Source of the DNA: an uncultured Ruminococcus sp.
GTDB taxonomy: Bacteria; Bacillota; Clostridia; Oscillospirales; CAG-272
Assembly: GCA_964623635.1 (NCBI GenBank)
Contig: CAZUUA010000003.1
Span: 69,166 to 133,165 of the forward strand
Length of the DNA: 64,000 bases
Direction of reading: 5' to 3'
Part shown: one piece after another, positions 58,126-64,000 of the stretch
Layout of the letters: every line of letters starts with the position of its first letter
Position numbering within the stretch: position 1 is the first letter of the stretch
Notes under the pieces: model-generated
Database searches by the model: none
Told to the model about the DNA's origin: nothing
Seen by the model: the letters and a program-made list of their open reading frames with translations, nothing else
Program-made: the position numbers and the translations under genes

Positions 58126-59196
58126 TTCTACATTGGTACCACTGGAGCGGAGTTTTTCGGCGGTCTCCGCAGTGGCCAATGCGTCGATCATGTCGTCCAG
58201 CTCGCCGTTGAGGAATGCTTCCATGCTGTGGCTGGTGTAGCCAATGCGGTGGTCGGTGATCCGGCTTTGGGGATAGTTGTAAGTGCGGATCCGTTCGCTG
58301 CGGTCGCCGGTGCCCACCTGACTGCGGCGTTCTTTGGCGATCTTATCGTTCTGCTCCTGGCACTTTTTGTCGTACAGCTTGGTCTTGAGGAGCTTCATCG
58401 CCTTGTCTTTGTTTTTGTACTGGCTGCGTTCGTCCTGGCATTCGATGACGATCCCGGAGGGCTTATGGATCAATCGGATGGCCGATTCTGTTTTGTTGAT
58501 GTGCTGACCACCGGCGCCGCTGGATTTGATGGTCTCGATCTCCAGGTCGGCCGGGTTGATCTCGATTTCCACGTCCTCTGCTTCCGGCAGTACCGCAACA
58601 GAGGCTGTAGATGTGTGGATCCGTCCGGCAGTTTCGGTCTCCGGCACACGCTGTACCCGATGCACACCGCTTTCGTATTTCAGTCGGGAATAGGCGCCTT
58701 CGCCGGACACCATAAAGGTGATCTCTCGATAGCCGCCAAGCCCGGTCTCGTTCATGCTCACGATCTCGGTCTTATACCGATGGGTATCCGCATACATGGT
58801 GTACATCCGATAGAGCACACCGGCAAACAATGCAGCTTCGTCGCCACCGGCACAGGCCCGGATCTCCATCACCACGTTTTTGTCGTCGTTGGGATCCTTG
58901 GGCAGCAGCAGGATGGTCAGCTCCTTTTCCAGCTGCACCAGCGCTTCTTTACCGGCTTTGTACTCCTCTGCGGCGATCTCTCGCATTTCCGGGTCCTCCT
59001 CCATGAGCACACGAGCGTCCTCGGTGTCGGTATAGACCTTTTTATATTCCCGGTACTTCTCCATGGTAGGTGCCAGATTCTTTCGCTCCTTCATGAGAGA
59101 CGTGTATTTTTCCATATCCGCCATGGTCTCCGGATCGGCCAGAGCGGCTTCGATGGCTTCAAAACGCTTTTCTGCGTCCTGTAGTTTTGTCAACAT
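58123..59196 (-). CDS. prfA: peptide chain release factor 1
   Basis: The GGQ motif SGAGGQHINKTESAIRL and an RF1-type P-x-T tripeptide (PET) are present. Confidence 0.93.
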   Translation of the reverse strand: MLTKLQDAEKRFEAIEAALADPETMADMEKYTSLMKERKNLAPTMEKYREYKKVYTDTEDARVLMEEDPEMREIAAEEYKAGKEALVQLEKELTILLLPKDPNDDKNVVMEIRACAGGDEAALFAGVLYRMYTMYADTHRYKTEIVSMNETGLGGYREITFMVSGEGAYSRLKYESGVHRVQRVPETETAGRIHTSTASVAVLPEAEDVEIEINPADLEIETIKSSGAGGQHINKTESAIRLIHKPSGIVIECQDERSQYKNKDKAMKLLKTKLYDKKCQEQNDKIAKERRSQVGTGDRSERIRTYNYPQSRITDHRIGYTSHSMEAFLNGELDDMIDALATAETAEKLRSSGTNVE

Positions 59197-59201
59197 ATTC
59201 G

Positions 59202-59259
59202 TTAGGTTCCTGTCTATTCTGGATTGGCAGATGCCTTATTGCATTATGCATTTGTCTTT
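59202..59259. repeat. two copies of the 16-bp dyad motif (spacer between the eda-fusion gene and prfA)
   Basis: 59202 TTAGGTTCCTGTCTAT, a variant that carries the prfA RBS AGGAA on the minus strand. 59244 TTATGCATTTGTCTTT, which encodes the last codons KTNA plus the stop of the eda fusion. Confidence 0.75.
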
Positions 59260-60230
59260 TTTAGAAGATGCAGCCGGATCCCACACCATTCTCCGGCAAA
59301 GTAGACCACCTTAAGGTTTCCCTTCTCGTCGTACTGGCAGGTCTCTTCCCGGAAGTGGTAGCCTCGTCTTTCGAACCAAGCCTTGGCTCGTGCGGGGTCG
59401 TTGGTCAGCAGTGCGGCGTGGGGATACAGTCCTTCTTCCTGACTGTTCAGCACCTCAAAAGCACCACCGACCATGGCACCACGTCCATCGGGATTGATCA
59501 CAGTGGGCAGGCACAGCATTTCGCCAAGGGCGCCGGCACTGTTTGTCAAGTCTTCCCTATTCTTCGCCATGATCGCGAAATGCCCCATTTCCAGTCCCAG
59601 CATGGTCTGGACAGCGGCAGCAGTCTCGGCACGCACAGCGTCCCAATTGCCACTGCGCAACCAATCGGATTTGACCATAAAGCTGCCGCCGCAAGCAATG
59701 ACGTTGGGCAGGGACAGGTACTTTGTCAGGTTGGACTTGTCGATACCACCGGTGGGCATAAAGCGCATTTTCTGGTACGGGGCACCCATGGACGACAGCA
59801 TCGCTGTACCACCGGCGGCCTCTGCCGGGAAAAATTTCACTGTGGTCAGGCCCAGTGCCATAGCAGTCTCTACCTCGGTGGGTGTGGCACAACCGGGATA
59901 AATGGGGATATGCTTCGCCTGTGCCGCCTGGACGATGGATGGATTCAAACCCGGCGAAACGAGGAACTGGGCACCGGCTTCGATGGCTTCGTCCAGCTGC
60001 TCCAGCGTCAGGATGGTACCGGCGCCAACGATCATATCCGGTCGGTTTTGCCGCAGCAAACGGATACCATCGGCTGCCGCTGCGGTGCGAAAGGTGATCT
60101 CGGCACAGGGCAGTCCACCGGCACATAGTGCGTCTCCCAGCGGCAGTGCCTGTTCCTTGTCGTCCAGCTTCACCACCGGCACGATCCCGATCTCCTGCAG
60201 CATCTTATCCATTTGTATCTGAACTGTCAT
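59244..60230 (-). CDS. eda: KDPG/KHG aldolase (Eda) fused to a ~110-aa VOC/glyoxalase-like C-terminal domain
   Basis: The N-terminal ~215 aa read GIVPVVKLDD...AEITFRT...VGAGTILT...VSPG...KFFPAE..GG...PTGGI. The extra C-terminal domain reads GHFAIMAKNREDL...YPHAALLTNDPARAKAWFERRGYHF...VVYFAGEWCGIRLHLLKK. Confidence 0.75.
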   Translation of the reverse strand: MTVQIQMDKMLQEIGIVPVVKLDDKEQALPLGDALCAGGLPCAEITFRTAAAADGIRLLRQNRPDMIVGAGTILTLEQLDEAIEAGAQFLVSPGLNPSIVQAAQAKHIPIYPGCATPTEVETAMALGLTTVKFFPAEAAGGTAMLSSMGAPYQKMRFMPTGGIDKSNLTKYLSLPNVIACGGSFMVKSDWLRSGNWDAVRAETAAAVQTMLGLEMGHFAIMAKNREDLTNSAGALGEMLCLPTVINPDGRGAMVGGAFEVLNSQEEGLYPHAALLTNDPARAKAWFERRGYHFREETCQYDEKGNLKVVYFAGEWCGIRLHLLKKTNA

Positions 60231-60385
60231 AACGTCACTCCAATCTGCTGCCTACACAGCAAAGTCCCCCGGCGATCTTGATGCAGTACACGGGGGTAAA
60301 ACTCCGCATGGGGAAACACCTCTTTTGGGATAAAGAAGTGTTCCCCCAGCGTCTGATTTTTATGAAAATACCTTGTCGGATGCGA

Positions 60386-60423
60386 TTAGACGATCATCTA
60401 AATTAAGGTAGACGTATGCCTAA
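60386..60423. repeat. two copies of the 16-bp dyad motif, inverted relative to the others (spacer between the aminopeptidase and eda-fusion genes)
   Basis: 60386 TTAGACGATCATCTAA; 60408 GTAGACGTATGCCTAA, whose reverse complement is TTAGGCATACGTCTAC. Confidence 0.75.
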
Positions 60424-60432
60424 GGTTCCCTA

Positions 60433-61863
60433 TTACTTGCAGAATACCGAGAAGGCGTGGTGCGCTTCGTACAGGTCATTCTTGGAGATGATCTCGAAAG
60501 GTGCGTGCATGGACAGAACCGGAACACCCAGGTCCACGGTGTCGATGTTCATGTTGGCGATATACATAGCCACGGTACCGCCGCCGCCTTGGTCTACCTT
60601 ACCCAGCTCAGAGGTCTGCCAGATCACGCCGTTTTCGTCAAACAGGTTCCGCATTTCTCCTACGAATTCTGCCGATGCATCGCTGGTGCCGCTCTTGCCA
60701 CCGCCACCGGTGTACTTTGCCATACCAACACCGCAATGTACCAGAGCCGTATTGCGCTTTTCGCTGACACCGGCGTACAACGGATCGTAGCAAGCGGTCA
60801 CGTCTGCGGACAGGCACTTGGAATTGGCACGGATCACGGAAGGATTGCCGCCCAGCTCACAGGCCAGTTCGTCGATCAGATCCATGAAGATGTGCCCTTT
60901 CATACCGGATACGCCATCGGAACCGGTCTCTTCCTTATCGGCCATCACCACCATAACGGTGTGCTCGGTATCGGTGTTTTCCAGCAGTGCCGTCAGCTCG
61001 GTGTAGGCGCACACTCTGTCGTCGTGGCCGTATGCACCGATGAGCCACCGATCCAGACCTACGTCCATGGCGTTGCCGGCCGGTACGATAGTCAGTTCTG
61101 CGCTCATGAAATCGGCTTCTACGATACCGTACTTTTCGTGGAGGGCCGCCATGACGTTCAGCTTGATCTTTTCGTCAGCAGGGGTCACCGTGCCGTCTTC
61201 TTCGATGTACGGAGAGGAAGCGATGATAGGGGTCAGGTTTTCGCCTTCGAAAGCAGAACCCAGAGGACGGCCGTTCTGGTCTCTGGACAGATGCGGCAGC
61301 AGGTCGGTGATGCACAGTACGGGATCGCCGGGCTGGTCGCCGATGCGGATCTCTACGGTCTCGCCGTTCTTCTTGGTCACAACGCCGTGCAGTGCCAGGG
61401 GAATGGTCACCCACTGATACTTGCGGATACCACCATAGTAGTGGGTCTTCAGGTAGCTGAAGTGTTCGGATTCGTACAGAGGATGCTGCTTCAGATCCAG
61501 ACGGGGAGAGTCGATGTGTGCAGCGCAGATACGGATACCATTCTCGATGGGTTCGGTACCCACACGGATGGCGAACAGGCTCTTGCCTCTATTGTTGTAG
61601 TAGATCTTATCGCCGGCTTCCAGCTTTTCACCCAGCGTATAGGAACGGAATCCGGCGGCCTCCAGCTTTTCGATGGCATAGAGCACAGCTTCTCTCTCGG
61701 TTTTGGCTACGTCCAGGAAGTGCATATATTCCTTTGCGTATTCCTGTACTGCATCCAACTGTTCCTTAGTCTTCAGCTCAAATGCGGATTTCTTTGTGTA
61801 GAACAGCTCTTCTTTCAGCTGCTGTCCCTTTGTCTTGTCTGCCATGATCGTATTTCCTTTCAT
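60433..61863 (-). CDS. M18-family aminopeptidase
   Basis: The sequence ...RICAAHIDSPRLDLKQ..., MADKEETGSDG and VDLGVPVLSMHAP fits M18. The start is either ATG 61863 (ATGA overlap with the upstream stop) or ATG 61845, which has a better AAGGA RBS. Confidence 0.8.
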   Translation of the reverse strand: MKGNTIMADKTKGQQLKEELFYTKKSAFELKTKEQLDAVQEYAKEYMHFLDVAKTEREAVLYAIEKLEAAGFRSYTLGEKLEAGDKIYYNNRGKSLFAIRVGTEPIENGIRICAAHIDSPRLDLKQHPLYESEHFSYLKTHYYGGIRKYQWVTIPLALHGVVTKKNGETVEIRIGDQPGDPVLCITDLLPHLSRDQNGRPLGSAFEGENLTPIIASSPYIEEDGTVTPADEKIKLNVMAALHEKYGIVEADFMSAELTIVPAGNAMDVGLDRWLIGAYGHDDRVCAYTELTALLENTDTEHTVMVVMADKEETGSDGVSGMKGHIFMDLIDELACELGGNPSVIRANSKCLSADVTACYDPLYAGVSEKRNTALVHCGVGMAKYTGGGGKSGTSDASAEFVGEMRNLFDENGVIWQTSELGKVDQGGGGTVAMYIANMNIDTVDLGVPVLSMHAPFEIISKNDLYEAHHAFSVFCK

Positions 61864-62465
61864 GTGTGAATTTCTTTATGGTAGGACGACAATTCGCTGT
61901 AATACAGCTCTTTGTAGGTATCCACGGTCTCGTTTACGGTGTCCACGTAGGCGCTTGTTCCTGCATCCGGAAAGGTGGTCAGATTGCCCAGCTCGTCGGT
62001 CAGTGTCCGGTCGGTCATCCACAGATCCACGGTCTCCTGACCGGCGTAGAGAATGGCAAACACCGTATTCCAGCGGCTATATTCTGTGTACAGATACGAA
62101 AGCATATAGGCCCCATAGCGGATATTGGTCTCCGGGTCGTACAGGATGCCAGGCTCCAGATCCTCACGGGTCAGAGTGAGCAGCCAAGAAAAGGTCTCCG
62201 GAGAGATCTGCATGAGCCCCACTTCCCCATTTTCGGAGAGCTTATTGCTTTCAAAATTGCTCTCGGTCTTGATCACAGCGTACAGGATGTATTCCGGTAC
62301 CCCGTATTCCTCGGCGTATTTGGTGACAAATTCGGCAAAGCGCACCGGATGGTTCTCCAGGTCGATGCGATGCCAGATAGTCTGGTACAAAAAGCCGCAC
62401 GCCAACGACAGACACAGGATCACCAAAATCACCACGCTGCGAACCAGAGTACTGCGAACCTTCAT
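61860..62465 (-). CDS. membrane-anchored lytic transglycosylase (SLT domain)
   Basis: An N-terminal TM segment is followed by the SLT catalytic motif AVIKTESNFESN...GEVGLMQI. There are 4-nt overlaps at both ends. Confidence 0.75.
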   Translation of the reverse strand: MKVRSTLVRSVVILVILCLSLACGFLYQTIWHRIDLENHPVRFAEFVTKYAEEYGVPEYILYAVIKTESNFESNKLSENGEVGLMQISPETFSWLLTLTREDLEPGILYDPETNIRYGAYMLSYLYTEYSRWNTVFAILYAGQETVDLWMTDRTLTDELGNLTTFPDAGTSAYVDTVNETVDTYKELYYSELSSYHKEIHT

Positions 62466-63100
62466 GCTTTCCTCCTGCGCAGGTCTTCGATAACGCGATC
62501 CACACGCCCGTACAGGGTCTCCCGGTCGGCGTCGTTTTCGATCACGTAGTCCGCTTTTTCCAACAGGAGCTCCTGAGCCATCTGGGTCCGCAGTCGTTTT
62601 TCTGCTGCCACCCGGTCGATGCCGTCACGCTTCATGATCCGGTGGATCCGCAAATCCTCCGGTGCGCTCACGCAAATGACAGCGGCACAATGGATATCAA
62701 AACCGCTTTCGTACAAGAGCGGTGCATCGATCAGCACGATGTCCGCACCGTTGGCGCTATGCTCGGCGGCAATACGTTCCGTTTCCGCCAAAATGAATCG
62801 ATGGGTGATATGGTTCAGGTCGGTGAGATTCCGGCGACACTGCTCTGCTGCCACCGGGTCACTGCCGTCTGCAAACACCAGCGAACGCATGGCAACTCTG
62901 TCCAGCGCATTGTCCGGCGTCAGGATACCACTGCCAAACCGCTCCACCAATGCCTCCATACAGGGAGACAGGGTCGCAGCCGGGCCGGTCATCCCACGAT
63001 ACACAGCGTCTGTATCCACCGATGGAACGCCTCGGTCGGCAAACATGGCCGCAATATACCCTTTTCCCGATCCGCTTCGTCCGCACAGTCCCACAAGCAT
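62462..63100 (-). CDS. coaE: dephospho-CoA kinase
   Basis: The P-loop is LVGLCGRSGSGKGY. The ATG at 63100 is preceded by GGAGGAAGG. The ORF-track start at 63160 is rejected. Confidence 0.85.
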   Translation of the reverse strand: MLVGLCGRSGSGKGYIAAMFADRGVPSVDTDAVYRGMTGPAATLSPCMEALVERFGSGILTPDNALDRVAMRSLVFADGSDPVAAEQCRRNLTDLNHITHRFILAETERIAAEHSANGADIVLIDAPLLYESGFDIHCAAVICVSAPEDLRIHRIMKRDGIDRVAAEKRLRTQMAQELLLEKADYVIENDADRETLYGRVDRVIEDLRRRKA

Positions 63101-63150
63101 TTTGCCTTCCTCCATTGCCACGATCCTACATGATATCTGTAATCCTATAT

Positions 63151-63179
63151 ATTGTACCACAAGACGGACGTTTTTGCAA
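63151..63179 (-). promoter_or_regulatory. sigma-70 promoter (extended -10) for the coaE-SLT-aminopeptidase operon
   Basis: Minus strand: TTGCAA, 17-nt spacer, TGgTACAAT. Confidence 0.6.
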
Positions 63180-63232
63180 GAGAAGGATGTGAATATCTTG
63201 TAAAATTCGCAAAAATCGTGATTTTACCATAA

Positions 63233-63724
63233 TCAGGACATCGGCAGACGGTCACCTAAGAGCTGTGCGCAGATACCGGTGAAAAGCCCGGCTATGATAC
63301 CGGAAAACAATAGCACCGGCAGGTATACCAAAATGGCTGTGGTACGCATGAGCAGGATGGCGGCGGTGATCTGTCCCACGTTGTGACACACGGCACCACA
63401 GGGACTTGCCAGCCACAGATGACTTTGGGGGATCACGTGTCTCAGTAGCAGCATACCGCACAGGCAAAACACTGCGCCGGCCAAGCTATACATAAAGGAA
63501 ACTGCTGTACCGCTGAACATACTGCCCAGCACCAGCCGCACCAGCACGATGAGCCACACCTCGCCGGGACTGCAGCAATACACGGCGTACACGGTAATGA
63601 TATTGGCCAGTCCCAGCTTGACACCGGGAATGGGGATAAGGTTCGGGATCCGCAGCTCGATGATGAAAATGATCAGTGCTATGGCAGACAGCAGTGCCAG
63701 CTTTGTCAGGCGTCTGGCGTTCAT
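63233..63724 (-). CDS. Gx-transporter family membrane protein (heptaprenyl-diphosphate-synthase-component-I-like)
   Basis: This 163-aa protein has 5 TM segments and begins LTKLALLSAIALIIFIIE. It is paired, with a 4-nt overlap, with an upstream NusG-domain-II gene, which is the usual family context. Confidence 0.65.
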   Translation of the reverse strand: MNARRLTKLALLSAIALIIFIIELRIPNLIPIPGVKLGLANIITVYAVYCCSPGEVWLIVLVRLVLGSMFSGTAVSFMYSLAGAVFCLCGMLLLRHVIPQSHLWLASPCGAVCHNVGQITAAILLMRTTAILVYLPVLLFSGIIAGLFTGICAQLLGDRLPMS

Positions 63725-64000
63725 GAGGTCCCCTCCTGATACCGGATCAGCAGCTTATGGGGCAGACACACCAGTGGTTCAGCTTCGCTTTGCAGGCTCC
63801 CCATCCGGACACAGGTACCGTCCGGACAATCGGCAGACCGGATGCAAATGGTGCCATTCTCGATGCAGATCACATTTTCGCCACCATCCGGACACCGGAT
63901 CGCAAAGGTGCGGTCGGCCGTATGGGTTAGATCGATGGTCTCCAGTACTTCCCCATCCTGCACGATCGCCACCCATTGTCCCGGCTCCTGTCGGTAAAGC
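63721..64000 (-). CDS. NusG-domain-II-containing protein, N-terminus beyond window edge
   Basis: The frame stays open to nt 64000 (LYRQEPGQWVAIVQDGEVLETIDL...). The sequence IENGTICIRSADCPDGTCVRMG (CPD..C) is typical of the family. Confidence 0.55.
   Translation of the reverse strand, partial: LYRQEPGQWVAIVQDGEVLETIDLTHTADRTFAIRCPDGGENVICIENGTICIRSADCPDGTCVRMGSLQSEAEPLVCLPHKLLIRYQEGTS

Noticed and set aside
56946-60423. Integron-like attC sites. Several motif copies contain GTTAGGC or GTTAGGT (the integron core site GTTRRRY), and GCCTAAC (RYYYAAC) appears on the coding strand after co-directional genes.
   Set aside because: Within a spacer the copies are direct repeats, not the inverse-core and core pair flanking a 50-130-nt imperfect palindrome. 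No integrase or attI is present. The genes are essential housekeeping genes (prfA, tsaC), not cassettes.

Overview
64-kb chromosomal segment, by eye about 55-58% G+C. Strong third-position GC bias produces many long antisense shadow ORFs. The source looks like a spore-forming Clostridia-type Firmicute, because PolC, SpoIVA, SpoIIGA-SigE, a SpoIID-domain protein and YlmC are all present. I call 54 protein-coding genes (44 on the minus strand, 10 on the plus strand). I saw no rRNA, tRNA, CRISPR array, transposase, integrase or phage genes. Most of the window is core housekeeping in conserved order: secA; polC-ispG; rseP-dxr-cdsA-uppS-frr-pyrH-(insert)-tsf-rpsB; dnaG-rpoD; hflX; rpmE; spoIIGA-sigE; trmB; prfA-tsaC; coaE. 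Small carbohydrate modules are interspersed: GH3 and GH42 glycosidases, a beta-helix protein plus MFS transporter, and an orphan solute-binding lipoprotein. No obvious defence island or mobile element is present. The signals that ordinary annotation does not explain are listed here. (1) Nine copies of a 16-bp dyad-symmetric motif (TTAGRC-N4-GYCTAW) are confined to four consecutive intergenic spacers between 56.9 and 60.4 kb, and three copies supply gene stop codons. (2) Two near-consensus extended -10 promoters lie face to face inside a perfect 12-bp inverted repeat at 45.26-45.37 kb. One could drive an ~85-nt antisense RNA opposite the leader of an uncharacterised two-gene operon. (3) Two unknown polytopic membrane proteins are translationally coupled downstream of secA, and one has a Lys-rich tail. 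(4) Two primary-type sigma-70 genes sit in tandem after dnaG. (5) A KDPG-aldolase gene is fused to a VOC-like domain and is preceded by a hairpin-rich leader. (6) An in-frame, mostly synonymous duplicate of the last 8 codons plus stop follows tsf. (7) A secreted CBM9-like protein is inserted between tsf and pyrH. All functional calls rest on motif recognition by eye in the supplied translations. No database search was run.
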